Of a stretch of 64,000 bases of DNA, positions 1 to 10,529 are shown piece by piece (the first letter of the stretch is position 1; the number at the start of each line of letters is the position of its first letter). This DNA is from Candidatus Latescibacterota bacterium (lineage in GTDB: Bacteria > Latescibacterota > UBA2968 > UBA8231). The stretch is from positions 864,001-928,000 of the forward strand of contig CBDAOB010000003.1 in NCBI GenBank assembly GCA_965197905.1, in the 5' to 3' direction. The notes under the pieces were generated by a model. That model ran no database searches. It was not told the origin of the DNA and was given only the letters and a program-made list of their open reading frames with translations. The position numbers and the translations under genes are program-made.

Positions 1-1175
1 TCGCTGGCATACAGCCCCATGCGCCCGCTGAACAGGGGCGGGTACTCAATGGGAGGCAGGTCACACGGATCGTCAGCGGCTACCGGCAACGCCCGCTCGT
101 GGCCGTAGTCGTAGTTGAACAGGTGCACGCCGGCTGCCCCCTGGCGGTAGGCGTTCAGCGCAATTCCCCTCCTGACCGTCGGTTGTCCCGACTCGTATCC
201 TTCCTGCGGTGAAGCGCGCGGAACCACTGAGGATCCGACGTAAATGAGGGTTCCGCTCTTTTCGGCGGCGGCCACCGCTCTGGCAACGTCATTTTCCAGC
301 TGCCAGTGACCCATGGAAGAGATTGCGACGATGTCGGCAAACCCTTCGCGAATCCAGTGTTCAGCATCCAGACCTTGTTCGGCGCACGCATCCAGGCTGG
401 ATGCTACCCTACACATCAGCTTGATTTCTTTCCCTTTGCGCTCGGCATGGCGCCGAACGATGTCAGATGCTTCCTCCATGAACCGGTTCATGGTGTCGAC
501 ATGTTTGAATCCCTGGAAACGTCTGAAGAAGGGAAAGTTGCGACAGAAATCCAGCTCCAGCCCATCGACGTCGTACCGGGTCAGAACCTCGTTGAAACGA
601 CCGAGGAAGCGATCCCGGATTTCGGCCTCAGCCCAGTTCCATTGCCAGCAGAAATTGAATCCTCGGCCATTGCCATCCAGCTCCCCGGCCCCGATCAACA
701 GGTCCTGGCGCTCCAATGTCATGGCGGAGCGGCGGCCGTCGGCCATTCTATGTTCGACGTTGGCGTTGGCGGCGTTCATGCGAAAGGAGGCGAAGATCCC
801 CATGCCAAGCTTGCGGGCCCGGTCGACGTATGATTGATATACGTCGTGGCCGTCGTCGATCATCGCCCGCATACCCATCTGCAGCAGATCGCTGGGTTCG
901 ATGTGAACAGCAAGCGACGATCGGAGGTTGCCGCCTTCGTCGAGCAGATCGTCTAAGCGGTCCCCGACGGTGTCACCCCACACCTCGCCGTAGTCGCTGC
1001 CTGGCCAGCTGAGGTCGTCGTTGACCCCTACTAGAGCGCAAACCACGTCGACGCCGGTGCCTGCCAGTGGAGCCATGAATTCAGTTACGTCCTCCGGATT
1101 GCGGCGGCGCAGGTATTTGAAGGCATGGCACCCGTCCGTATTGAAAAGGATGCGCGGAGGCCAGTGATAGGACAT
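1..1175 (-). CDS. GHL10/family-10-like glycoside hydrolase TIM-barrel protein (partial, runs off left edge)
   Basis: Not in ORF track (no stop in window). Read by hand from ATG at 1175: MSYHWPPRILFNTDG...; near the left edge the same frame gives ALNAYRQGAAGVHLFNY. Same motifs as 38589-40268 (IIYNNDG...GADGLYIFN). Confidence 0.7.
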   Translation of the reverse strand, partial: MSYHWPPRILFNTDGCHAFKYLRRRNPEDVTEFMAPLAGTGVDVVCALVGVNDDLSWPGSDYGEVWGDTVGDRLDDLLDEGGNLRSSLAVHIEPSDLLQMGMRAMIDDGHDVYQSYVDRARKLGMGIFASFRMNAANANVEHRMADGRRSAMTLERQDLLIGAGELDGNGRGFNFCWQWNWAEAEIRDRFLGRFNEVLTRYDVDGLELDFCRNFPFFRRFQGFKHVDTMNRFMEEASDIVRRHAERKGKEIKLMCRVASSLDACAEQGLDAEHWIREGFADIVAISSMGHWQLENDVARAVAAAEKSGTLIYVGSSVVPRASPQEGYESGQPTVRRGIALNAYRQGAAGVHLFNYDYGHERALPVAADDPCDLPPIEYPPLFSGRMGLYAS

Positions 1176-1341
1176 GCGGTTCCCCCCTTTTTTGGTTCTC
1201 GGCTGCGATGATAAAGAGGGATTATCGGTGTGGGGTCAAGCGAAACAAAATTTGGAACCAGTTTAAACGATCACCTGCCAGGTAAGGTCTAACCCGGTGC
1301 ACGTCGGTCGGTTTCGCAGGCATCAACGGTAGGAGATTCGA

Positions 1342-2127
1342 ATGATCAGAAATGCGCTCACGATTTCGCAGCTGTCTCTGGGTGTGGTGATCGTCTTCGC
1401 TGGCGCAATCTTCGCGGGGGAAAACGCCGGGGCGACGTTCAGCCTGACAAGTGAGGATCAGCTGGAAGTTGTGCCCGGCGAAACGGCAAAGGCTCAGATC
1501 GCCGCCGCCGGCCTGATCGATGTGCGACAGATCGAGATCTACCTGGACGTTTCACCAGCCAGTGCATTCGATCTCGAGGCAACGGCGTACGAAGTGCCGA
1601 CCGTGTGGATCAGTCCCGGTAGTATCGACTCCGACTTCGACCCGACTAAGATCGACCGCTTCTTCAGCGCCGAGCTGAAAACCTCGCCCGAATTCGGCAG
1701 GGCATCCGAGACCATGATCACGGTCGAGAGGATTACAGTCAGCACGTCGGGTGGTGAGAGTGACGAGTTCGATGGCGATGACTTGAGGATGAGTATTGGA
1801 GTGCGTCCCATCCCGACCGCGGTGAGCGAGGGTGTATTGCCGGCACCGATGACCTCCCTGGATCAGAACTTCCCCAATCCGTTCAACGCCGAGACATATA
1901 TTCGCATCGATCTGAACCGCGCCGCGAGTGTCACATTGACGGTGTACGACGTAACCGGTCAAGCCGTTCGGACCCTATTGTCCGGAGGACTGATGGAGGC
2001 GGGCACCCACGGAGTAGTTTGGGACGGCTGCAATACAAGAGGGGACATCGTCGGAAGCGGGGTCTACTTCTACGAGTTGCGAGCCGGCTCGCGCACTCTC
2101 GTGAAGAAGATGCTGCTGCTGCAATAA
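1342..2127 (+). CDS. Secreted protein with C-terminal FlgD Ig-like / T9SS type-A-like sorting domain
   Basis: AGGAG RBS, signal peptide, C-terminal LDQNFPNPFN...VYDVTGQAVRTL...WDG...SGVYFYEL...KKMLLLQ. Confidence 0.85.
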   Translation: MIRNALTISQLSLGVVIVFAGAIFAGENAGATFSLTSEDQLEVVPGETAKAQIAAAGLIDVRQIEIYLDVSPASAFDLEATAYEVPTVWISPGSIDSDFDPTKIDRFFSAELKTSPEFGRASETMITVERITVSTSGGESDEFDGDDLRMSIGVRPIPTAVSEGVLPAPMTSLDQNFPNPFNAETYIRIDLNRAASVTLTVYDVTGQAVRTLLSGGLMEAGTHGVVWDGCNTRGDIVGSGVYFYELRAGSRTLVKKMLLLQ

Positions 2128-2141
2128 CGCTGTGGTGCCTG

Positions 2142-3434
2142 ATGAATACCTTAGCTTCCAAGACTTTTTCTGACATCTGTTTCTGTTGCTTCGCGATCTC
2201 TCTCTGTCTGTCGGCGACGGTGTCGGCTCAGGAAGGCGCAACCCTCTTCTTGAGGGTCTCTCTTGGCGATGACAACCGTATACGATTCGAGGTGCCGTCA
2301 ACAGAGGACCAGTACCACATCCTTTACTACCGCCGGGAGATCGGTGACCCAGATTCCGAGAGCCCCGTCGCCATGCACTTCGGTCGCGCGGGAAGCGCAA
2401 TGTTGACCGAGCCGCTGGGAATTGGTCCACCCACGGGGCTGTATCGCATGGAGTCGTACCGGCGCGCCCAGCCCGGAGACATCGATGGTGACGGTCGCAG
2501 TGATGTGGAGGAACTCGCCGACCTGACGGGGGCGTTGTCACCGCTCAATCCGGCTAACCCTATCGACTTCGTCAACGGCGTCGTCGCGATCGTGGATCGC
2601 CAGATGTTTCGAGACCTGTCTTACCAGGGGGGGGACGTCCTCATCGACACGCACCTGGAAGATCTCGAGTACGTGAAGTTCTATCTGCTGGAGACGGACG
2701 GCGATAATCCCCAAGTCTACTTCATGAATACGGATACCCACCGGGCACACAGAAGTTTCGCTACAGCTATCGGAATTCCCGGTGGGGGTGGCCGCGGTGG
2801 TCGTGGCCGAGGAGGTGGTCAACAAGGGGGTGGTGGGCAGCCTGGTGGTCAACAAGGTGGGAATGCCGGGGCGGGTGCTCCTGCTGAGGGTGCTCGAGGC
2901 GCCGGCGCTGGCGGAGGTGGCAGCGAAAACGGAGGAGGTGCGATACCCGGCCAAATGCGCGGCGAGATTATCTACCATCCGTTTCTCACCGCTCCGAGTG
3001 GGGGCGCGGGCGTCTATCGGTTCGAGTTCGAACCGAACGATGCTTACTCTTTCGAGACCGTAGAGATGGCCTACGAGCTGCTGGCGGCCAACATGCTGGT
3101 ACTGGAAAACAACCTCATGTACTACCCGATGCCGAATGCGGCGTTGCCGCGCTACCTGGATGAGAAGGCGCTCTACGATGCGTCGAGGGTGCCGATTCTG
3201 CTCGAGGAGCAGATCTACGCTGATATCAGCTTCTTGCCGCTGAATATCGCCGAAGGCTACGGCCTGTTGCGGGTGATGGAACTGGACGAGCGCCCCAACT
3301 CGCGGGATATCGTCATCTACGAAGCCCTGCCCAACCGTTCTGGAAATAATCGAGCACCAATGACGAGGCCGGGTGTCGCTATCACGTCCCCATTAAGGCA
3401 CCTGCAGCATCGATTTGAGCCCTCAGGTCTATGA
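2142..3434 (+). pseudogene. Truncated secreted PEP/pyruvate-binding-domain (PpsA-like) family protein, N-terminal part only, with Gly-rich insert
   Basis: Signal peptide, DxDxDG motif (DIDGDG), VKFY..VYFMNT and GYGLLRVM..DIVIYEALPN motifs. Family-like sequence stops at ~3335 and is followed by an unrelated-looking tail. Confidence 0.55.
2814..2857 (+). repeat. Direct repeat GGTGGTCAACAAGG (2 copies, 30-bp period) within a Gly/Gln/Arg-rich low-complexity coding segment
   Basis: Copies at 2814-2827 and 2844-2857, encoding GGQQG twice. Confidence 0.7.
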
Positions 3435-3656
3435 ATGCTCTGTTAGTGAGGAACTTCCGCTGTTCCTTTTCCGGTTTCTTCAGGAAGTCTTGCAACACGA
3501 TCCGCATCCACCTGCGACCGATTTTATTGCCCGACAGTTAGCTGGTCGAGTGCGCCGCTCCAACTTCCTCTCGGTTCAACCGCATGGTACCCACAGCTCC
3601 CGGCCGGGGCGCCAATAGGTCGCGTCGGCCGCCGGCGTTCGCCGCGGGTTACAAAA

Positions 3657-5051
3657 CTACTCGAGCCAGAAAGAGTACAGCCTCGCTTGATTCAAATAGA
3701 AGCGGACCTTCACCGGCTTCTCGAACACCAGGTCGTGGTCTGGTTTCCATTCCATCTTGTGACGCCAGTGGTCGCCCTTGAGCGGCGTCGGTAACTCCGC
3801 CGGCACCCAGAAGCCGGGAAATACCTTGTTGGTTTCCGCGTCCATGATATCAGCGTAGACCTCACCCCACTTGGCGTCGACGTTTATGTAGAGATCCTCC
3901 CCTTTCCATTCGAAGGGTTTAGTTACGATCGTGCCGGCGTCGTCGGCGTCGAGGGATACGAAGCCGTCCGGCCGCAGCTTTGCGAGACAGATGGTGGTAC
4001 TGTCTTTGAACACTTCCGGATCGACGTTGAGGCGGAACAGCTCGCGGCAGCCGCCGTATTGCTGGTATTGCCCCAAATTTGAAGGCATGCGGCTGGCGAT
4101 GTGGTAGATCCAGATCTCTCCGTTCTCCTTGACGATCGGTTGGCCCGACATGCCCACCTGGCTCGTGTCCCAGCGCTTCCCGTCCCAGGGCTCGATGCCG
4201 ATAAAGAGCTCACGGTTGGCCACCCGGTCCCAATGATAGAGGTCGCGCGAGACCGCTAGCTCGATCTGGTTGATGCGGGAGAAGTTCATGGCCGGCGGCG
4301 GCACGGCGCCGATCGGATTGAGAATCAGCGGAAATCCGACGTAGAGACCGTGGTACGGCATCACCGCCATATGGTAGGCCTCGGCGATGTAGTCCTCGTT
4401 ATCGATAAACGCGGGCTTGATATACGCCGGATTATCCAACACCTCGCGCACCCGTTTGCGGCAGTTCTCCCAGTCCTGCTCGTCGGTATTAAAAATGAGC
4501 TCGAGCTCAGAGTAGCGCTCGCCATCTTTGCTGGTGGAAAGGAATACTGACCGGCCCCATTCGGTACTCTGCTTCACCATGGCAATGAACTGTTCGTTGT
4601 AGGGGTCGTAGGTGAACTGGGACTCGTCCTGACTGGGAATCTCGGCGACGTCCGGGCGGGTCCAATGGATTCCGTCGGCCGAGAGTCCAGGACATTGATT
4701 GTTGTTGATGCCGTTACTCAACATGCCTTTGTAGCGTCGATTCGGATCGGGGTCGCGCTCGTCTCTCACCAGGTGCCGGGGAGATTCCTCGATGGGAGTG
4801 CGATTCCAATGCTCTGCATCCTCGGAGGTGGCGTAGTCGGAGCCGAGCCACCATTCCCACAGCTTCTTCTCCGAGTTCCATTGGGGCGCGACTCGGCTCT
4901 GGAGGCCGGATTCGCCTCTGGCGAGGTCAGGCATGACGACGGGGCCGCACTTTTCAGGCTGATGCAGCTGCTGACGCACGCCGATCTTGCTGTCCACGGC
5001 GCCGTCGTCCAGAAACAGTTGATGATACTTCTTGGGATCTATGAGCTCCAT
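3657..5051 (-). CDS. GH32/GH43-like five-bladed beta-propeller glycoside hydrolase-like protein
   Basis: QLFLDD start, DPDPNRRYK, SADGIHW, ELAVSRDLYHWDRV, LRPDGFVSL, C-terminal LYSFW. Confidence 0.75.
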   Translation of the reverse strand: MELIDPKKYHQLFLDDGAVDSKIGVRQQLHQPEKCGPVVMPDLARGESGLQSRVAPQWNSEKKLWEWWLGSDYATSEDAEHWNRTPIEESPRHLVRDERDPDPNRRYKGMLSNGINNNQCPGLSADGIHWTRPDVAEIPSQDESQFTYDPYNEQFIAMVKQSTEWGRSVFLSTSKDGERYSELELIFNTDEQDWENCRKRVREVLDNPAYIKPAFIDNEDYIAEAYHMAVMPYHGLYVGFPLILNPIGAVPPPAMNFSRINQIELAVSRDLYHWDRVANRELFIGIEPWDGKRWDTSQVGMSGQPIVKENGEIWIYHIASRMPSNLGQYQQYGGCRELFRLNVDPEVFKDSTTICLAKLRPDGFVSLDADDAGTIVTKPFEWKGEDLYINVDAKWGEVYADIMDAETNKVFPGFWVPAELPTPLKGDHWRHKMEWKPDHDLVFEKPVKVRFYLNQARLYSFWLE

Positions 5052-5251
5052 AGCCAGCAGTTCTCCTTCCGCAAAGTTCGTTCATTCAACCCGCGAAATG
5101 TCCGGCTGCAAAGGATATTCTATATTGTTCCAGCGGACAATCGAAAAATTCCGCGGCCATCGCACTGTTCGCCACGGCGCATGGAAGGAGATGCGCCCGA
5201 CATTCGTGATCTTCGCCCAACAGCCGCGACAACCACAGCCCAAGAGGAACC

Positions 5252-6109
5252 ATGACTGATCGCAAGTTGCGCATACTGACGGTTTCCGCCCACCCCCACG
5301 ATTTCACCTGGTACTCCGCGACGCTCGGGATCAATATCGAGCGCGGCGGTCAGGCCACCGTCTGCGTGGTCACCCATGGCGGCAGCACTCATCGGGAAGA
5401 TTGGATGGAAGAGCTGCGGAAACCGGAGGAGGAGCGCGATCTCTCCATCGTCAACGCGCCAGCCGAGAAATACATCGAACAGAAGGAGCAAGAGCTGCGC
5501 AACGCGGCGGCGATCTTCGGCATCACCGACATACGGATGCTCAACTACCCCGACAAGCCGTTCCTCCTTTCCGAACAACCCGACGTGATCGATCGCATCG
5601 CCGAGCTGATCGTCGAGGTCAGACCGCACGTCATGATCACCGAGAGCCCCTTTACCGACAACGGACGGCCGGCGCGCCATCGCTCCGATCACACCGAGGT
5701 CGGTATCGCCGCAGCCGAGGCAAAACTGCGCGCCGAGTTGCCGCGCCCCGGCTCCACGTGGCGGTCCCATCAGGTCGCCATGACCTTCTGGCCCGGGGAC
5801 GCCTTCGATCGGAGCCGGCTCGACCTGGTGGTGGACCTGTCGGATGAGTGGTTCGAAAAACGGATCCAGGCGGAAGCCTGCTTCTCGACCCAGGGACATG
5901 ACGAAGAGTGGGCTCGCCGCCGGATGCTCCTGGACCTGGGGCCCATGGGCAACCATGCGCGGACGGCGTACGGCGAGGGGTTCGTGCGGGATAAAGTGGA
6001 GCTCTACGATCATCTTCCGGTATCCGAGGCAATGATCCGTCAGACCGAGACGGGCGACACTCAGAACGTGCGCAGGATGTTCCGGCTCGATGACGCGGCA
6101 AAGAGTTGA
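5252..6109 (+). CDS. PIG-L/LmbE family deacetylase
   Basis: ILTVSAHPHD motif, VTHG, ELRNAAAIFG, RPHVMIT, HRSDH; GAGGA RBS. Confidence 0.85.
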   Translation: MTDRKLRILTVSAHPHDFTWYSATLGINIERGGQATVCVVTHGGSTHREDWMEELRKPEEERDLSIVNAPAEKYIEQKEQELRNAAAIFGITDIRMLNYPDKPFLLSEQPDVIDRIAELIVEVRPHVMITESPFTDNGRPARHRSDHTEVGIAAAEAKLRAELPRPGSTWRSHQVAMTFWPGDAFDRSRLDLVVDLSDEWFEKRIQAEACFSTQGHDEEWARRRMLLDLGPMGNHARTAYGEGFVRDKVELYDHLPVSEAMIRQTETGDTQNVRRMFRLDDAAKS

Positions 6110-6152
6110 GCTCGTTGCGGGACGCAAAAGTGCAGAACCCTAAGGTTCCCCG

Positions 6153-7055
6153 TTGAGCGGGACCTCCGGTTCCAGCCAACACCTCAAAGGTATTCTGCTC
6201 GCCCTGGCTGGGGTCGTCGTCATAAGCCCCGATGGCCTGCTGATCCGTCTCATCTCTCTCGACCACTGGACCCTGCTGTTCTGGAGAGGGGTCCTGATCG
6301 CTGTAGCTCTATCCTCGGCACAGCTGGTCATGCGCGGTCGCACCATAGTTGCGGCATTTACTGCTATCGGTCGCCTCGGTCTTGTGGCTTCCCTGGTTCG
6401 CGGCATCGGCATGGTATTTTTCGTCCTGGCGATCCGCCACACTACCGTCGCAAACACCCTCATCATCCTCGGACTGTCACCGCTTTGGGGAGCGGTATTG
6501 AGTCGTCTTTTTCCGCGGGAAGCGGTACCGTTGCGTACCTGGATGGCTATTCCGGTGGCGCTCGGTGGGATTGCGCTGACAGTTTCAGCGGACTACGGCG
6601 GCGTGAAATCGGGGGATCTCTTTGCGATAGTGGGATCGGTCTCGATTGCCATCTACGTCACTCTCGTACGCAAGGTGCGCCATCTGGATATGACCCCCAG
6701 CTTGACTATCAGCTCTCTCTTCGTGGCGCTAGCCGTCTTACCACTGTCCACACCTGCGGCACTGGGACTGCGAGACGCCGCCCTGCTGGGCATCATGGGA
6801 TTGGTGGTGATGCCGGTTTCTCTCGTCTTGTTCGTGATGGCACCGCGCCATATTCTGGCGCCCGAGGTCAGCCTGATCTTCCTGCTGGAGATGGCGTTGG
6901 GCCCGTACTGGGTATGGCTCGCTCTGGGTGAGCAACCACCTGCCCTGGTCATCACCGGTGGAGGCGTAGTTATGGCAACCCTTGCCGTGCACACCGGGCT
7001 GGCACTACGCGAGTCGATGGTCCAGCGCCAATCCGCATCGACTGCGCCAGCCTAA
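6153..7055 (+). CDS. DMT/EamA family transporter
   Basis: About 10 TM segments, SPDGLLIRL, APEVSLIFLLE..LGPYWVWLALGEQP. Confidence 0.9.
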   Translation: MSGTSGSSQHLKGILLALAGVVVISPDGLLIRLISLDHWTLLFWRGVLIAVALSSAQLVMRGRTIVAAFTAIGRLGLVASLVRGIGMVFFVLAIRHTTVANTLIILGLSPLWGAVLSRLFPREAVPLRTWMAIPVALGGIALTVSADYGGVKSGDLFAIVGSVSIAIYVTLVRKVRHLDMTPSLTISSLFVALAVLPLSTPAALGLRDAALLGIMGLVVMPVSLVLFVMAPRHILAPEVSLIFLLEMALGPYWVWLALGEQPPALVITGGGVVMATLAVHTGLALRESMVQRQSASTAPA

Positions 7056-8383
7056 TGAACGAAAATCCGAACACGACTACCGATCAAAGCCTGACAGATG
7101 AAGAGTGCCGCCGCGGTCAATCTTTGTTGATCGGCTCCTCATCGTCCGCCAGGTTTGCAGGCCATCTGATCGGGTCCACCGCTTCGCTGTTCCTGCTGGG
7201 GTTGGGGGCATCCCCGTTTCATCTGGGGGTTCTGGAAACCCTCTCCAACAGCAGCAGACTCCTGCGGGTCGTCGGTGTGCAGGCGTTGCGCGAAACAACA
7301 AAAGCACAGCTGCTCTTCCGCATGCGTGTGCTGTCTGCTCCCGTCATTCTGGGTTTGGCGATGTTGGCGTACTTCGGACACGTGGACTCCAGGTACATGT
7401 GGATCGCCATACTCACAATCGCCAGCCGTTTCGCCATGATTCAGATCGGAATGGCCGCCTGGTGGCCTCTGGTTCAGGACAACACTACACGGGCATCGTT
7501 GCCCATGTTTTTGGCGCGCCTGAGGATGGCGGGTCGCGGCGTCGAGCTTGTGCTTCCCCTCTTCGTCGGGTGGTACCTGGGATCCCAACCCGCCGTCGAA
7601 CGTTTCGGCTGGCTCTACGTCGCCGCATTTCTGGTCACGATGGTGTCGGCCTGGCTGGTGCGCCGGGTCAGGGAGCTCCCTTCCGAGCGGCCCACGGAAG
7701 GGCTGAGACATCGATTCTTTGCTGCCTTGAAAATTCGCGACCTGCAGCGATACTGCCTTTTCAACGGCACGATGAATCTGATCCACGCGGCATCGCTGCC
7801 TTTCTGGGTCGTGGTGTTCACCCAGCGGGGCATGCCGATCCTGTATTTCGTGTGGATGATCTCGGTCCGTTCGTTGGGTCACCTGGCAACGCTGTATTTC
7901 TGGGGTCGACTGGTTCAGTCTCACGGTTCCCGAGCAGCCATCAGCCTCGCACTCGGTGGTATGTTTGTTCTGGCACCGTTCTGGCAGCTCTTGCCAAGCG
8001 GCAGCCTGAACCTGATTCTTGCGGCCGGATTTTTCTATTTCATGTGGGGCGCCTTCGAAGCCGGCTTACAGAGCGGCCAGACTCCAGTCATGATGGAGTC
8101 GGTTGCAACCGAATACCGCGCTGAAGGTTTCACGGTGTCGATGTACTCCATCGCCCTGGGCGGTGGCATCGGCGGACTCGTCGGTGGATTGATCTTCGAG
8201 CAATTGAACGAGATTCCTAGCGACGCACTGTCATGGGAGCCGGAGCTGCTCTACCTCAGCGTGGCGCACTTATTGTCCGTGCCGTTGTGGCTATTGAGTC
8301 GCAATCTGAAAGGCGCTAGGGAGCAGCTATCGGCACGGGAATTCGTGCGCCGTCGGCTACTCAAGCGCAGACGGTCGACCTAG
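7055..8383 (+). CDS. MFS transporter
   Basis: About 12 hydrophobic segments, WGRLVQSHGSR loop; translationally coupled to upstream gene (TAATG). Confidence 0.8.
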   Translation: MNENPNTTTDQSLTDEECRRGQSLLIGSSSSARFAGHLIGSTASLFLLGLGASPFHLGVLETLSNSSRLLRVVGVQALRETTKAQLLFRMRVLSAPVILGLAMLAYFGHVDSRYMWIAILTIASRFAMIQIGMAAWWPLVQDNTTRASLPMFLARLRMAGRGVELVLPLFVGWYLGSQPAVERFGWLYVAAFLVTMVSAWLVRRVRELPSERPTEGLRHRFFAALKIRDLQRYCLFNGTMNLIHAASLPFWVVVFTQRGMPILYFVWMISVRSLGHLATLYFWGRLVQSHGSRAAISLALGGMFVLAPFWQLLPSGSLNLILAAGFFYFMWGAFEAGLQSGQTPVMMESVATEYRAEGFTVSMYSIALGGGIGGLVGGLIFEQLNEIPSDALSWEPELLYLSVAHLLSVPLWLLSRNLKGAREQLSAREFVRRRLLKRRRST

Positions 8384-8493
8384 GGAAGCAAGGCCGCGAT
8401 CGTTCGGCGCTAGAGGCGTATCCGGCCGGTTCGCACTGGTGCAAAGTGGGTGCGGCTTTAGTTTCTTACCCCTGCAATTCAGGAGGAAGCAAA

Positions 8494-9510
8494 ATGGCTG
8501 GCAATACCGTTCTATTCGTTTCGCTGACCGGCGACGAAGCGATCAAACTGTTCAATCTCGACACCGACTCGGGGGCGCTGAGCCTGCGGGCGACCAGCGG
8601 TGCCCACGGTCCGACAGGAGCATTGTTTCTTCACCCCGACAAGGACAAACTGCTGCTGGCCCATGTGGGTTCGTCGACCCTGGCGAGCCTCAACCTCGAT
8701 CGCGCTTCGGGTGAGATGACGTTGATTAACCAGGTGGACACGGGAATCGGAACACCCGCCCATCTGATAACCGATCGGGCCGGCCGCTTCCTGCTCACCG
8801 CTTTCTATGGCGGCGGCGGTGTAACTGTACACCAGCTGGGCGAAGACGGCTCCATCGGTGAACTCGTGCAACGCATCGATACCGGCATCAAGGCCCACTG
8901 CATTCAGTTGGACGCGTCTGAGCGTTTCGTCTTCGTTCCGCACGTCTGCCCGAACAACAAGACCAGCCAGTTTAGCTTCGATAACAAGAGCGGCCAACTT
9001 ACGCCGAACGAACCGGAAGAGGTGGCGCCACCCGACGACAACACGGGCCCTCGCCATCTCTGTTTCTCGAACGACGGCGACACGGTATACATCGTCAATG
9101 AGCAGGGGAACACAGCCACCGCGCATCGCTTCGACGAAGAGAGCGGCACGCTGACGATGTTCCAACACCTGGATACGCTGCCTGCTGGTGCTGACCGCAG
9201 CGGGCACACTGCCCACATCGAGATGCATCCAAACTCAAAGTGGGTTTACGCTTCCAATCGCGGACACGACAGTATCGTTGGGTTCAACGTCGACAGCGAC
9301 GGTTCACTGAGCCCGTTCGGTCATTTCTCCGTTCCGTCCAGTCCACGTTCGTTCAACGTCGAGCCCGGAGGACGTTTTCTATACTGTGCTGGGGAATCCG
9401 CCGGCCGCATGGTTGTGTTTCGCGTCGATGCGGAATCGGGCGAGCTGGATAGGACGGCGGAATTCGACGTGGGGAAGAGTCCCTTCTGGGTGATGACAGC
9501 TACGCTTTAG
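8494..9510 (+). CDS. pgl: 6-phosphogluconolactonase / lactonase family beta-propeller
   Basis: AGGAGG RBS; AHCIQLD, GPRHL, YASNRGHDSI, PRSFN motifs. Confidence 0.85.
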   Translation: MAGNTVLFVSLTGDEAIKLFNLDTDSGALSLRATSGAHGPTGALFLHPDKDKLLLAHVGSSTLASLNLDRASGEMTLINQVDTGIGTPAHLITDRAGRFLLTAFYGGGGVTVHQLGEDGSIGELVQRIDTGIKAHCIQLDASERFVFVPHVCPNNKTSQFSFDNKSGQLTPNEPEEVAPPDDNTGPRHLCFSNDGDTVYIVNEQGNTATAHRFDEESGTLTMFQHLDTLPAGADRSGHTAHIEMHPNSKWVYASNRGHDSIVGFNVDSDGSLSPFGHFSVPSSPRSFNVEPGGRFLYCAGESAGRMVVFRVDAESGELDRTAEFDVGKSPFWVMTATL

Positions 9511-9592
9511 ACAATCTCGCTTCAGGGATTTTCTGGCATCGGGCAATTGCATCCATGTGCGCCCAATCCAGGGTGAACTGCGGTGACGGAGA

Positions 9593-10384
9593 ATGGAGCC
9601 ATTCTTGCGTAGGCTAAGTACGGAACAGCTCACTTCGTTCAAAGTCGACGGATTTCTCACCGTTGAAAACGTGCTGACCGACGACGAAGTCGATTCCCTT
9701 GCCGAACGTGCCGATCTGATCGCCTCAGGCAACGCCGAGCACATCCCCGAAAAATGTATTCAGCAAGAGCAGGTTTTTCGAAGGGGCGAACGTGAGGTCA
9801 CCGACCAGGTCCTATCGGTGCGCAAACTCCACATGTTGGCCGTGAACGACGAGGTGATGTGGCAACATGCGACCAACCCCAAAATCGTCGACATCATCGC
9901 TGATCTTCTGGGTACCGACGACATCAAACTTTACAACGATCAGCTGTTCATGAAGGCACCGGAAACCGGCACTGCGCAGGGTTGGCATCGAGATTCGGGG
10001 TCATGGAGGGATATCTTTCCGATGGATCTGGTCTCCGCTTGGACCGCCATCGACGACGCCACCCTGGAGAACGGCTGCCTCAATTTCGCGGTGGGCACTC
10101 ACCGGTGGGGAATGATCTCGAACACGGTTCGAAGTGCGTTGGTCGACGAGCTGAATGGCGGGCAATGGCCAGTGAAACCGGCTCCCCTCAATCGCGGAAG
10201 CGTCAGCTTCCATCACAGCCTCACCCTGCATCAGAGTGGCGCCAACACCTCATCCAAACGCCGGCGTGGGTACGCCACTCACTACATGCGTGCTACCTCC
10301 GTCAAGGACGAAGCCGTAACCGACGCTCCAAAGGTTCCTCCCTTCAAGCAGGTGAGAGGGCGATCGTTACCGGGACACGTCTAA
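9593..10384 (+). CDS. Phytanoyl-CoA dioxygenase (PhyH) family Fe(II)/2OG dioxygenase
   Basis: DQLFMK, WHRD, AIDDATLENGCL..GTH, HHSLTLHQSGAN. Confidence 0.9.
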   Translation: MEPFLRRLSTEQLTSFKVDGFLTVENVLTDDEVDSLAERADLIASGNAEHIPEKCIQQEQVFRRGEREVTDQVLSVRKLHMLAVNDEVMWQHATNPKIVDIIADLLGTDDIKLYNDQLFMKAPETGTAQGWHRDSGSWRDIFPMDLVSAWTAIDDATLENGCLNFAVGTHRWGMISNTVRSALVDELNGGQWPVKPAPLNRGSVSFHHSLTLHQSGANTSSKRRRGYATHYMRATSVKDEAVTDAPKVPPFKQVRGRSLPGHV

Positions 10385-10529
10385 CCGAGTCGTTAAGAAT
10401 CGCTTGCCCTGGCGCCGTCCCTTTCGTACCGTGTGATCGACTTGCCGAAATATCTTCTTTTTTAACAGCAACTTACGGTCCGCCAGAATTCGACATTAAA
10501 GCGGTTCGAGTGCACTTGAGGGATAGTCA

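Noticed and set aside
306..1012. Plus-strand ORFs at the window start, and other long antisense ORFs (e.g. 14097-15668, 39273-40454, 63086-63970)
   Set aside because: Shadow frames of real genes on the opposite strand in high-GC DNA
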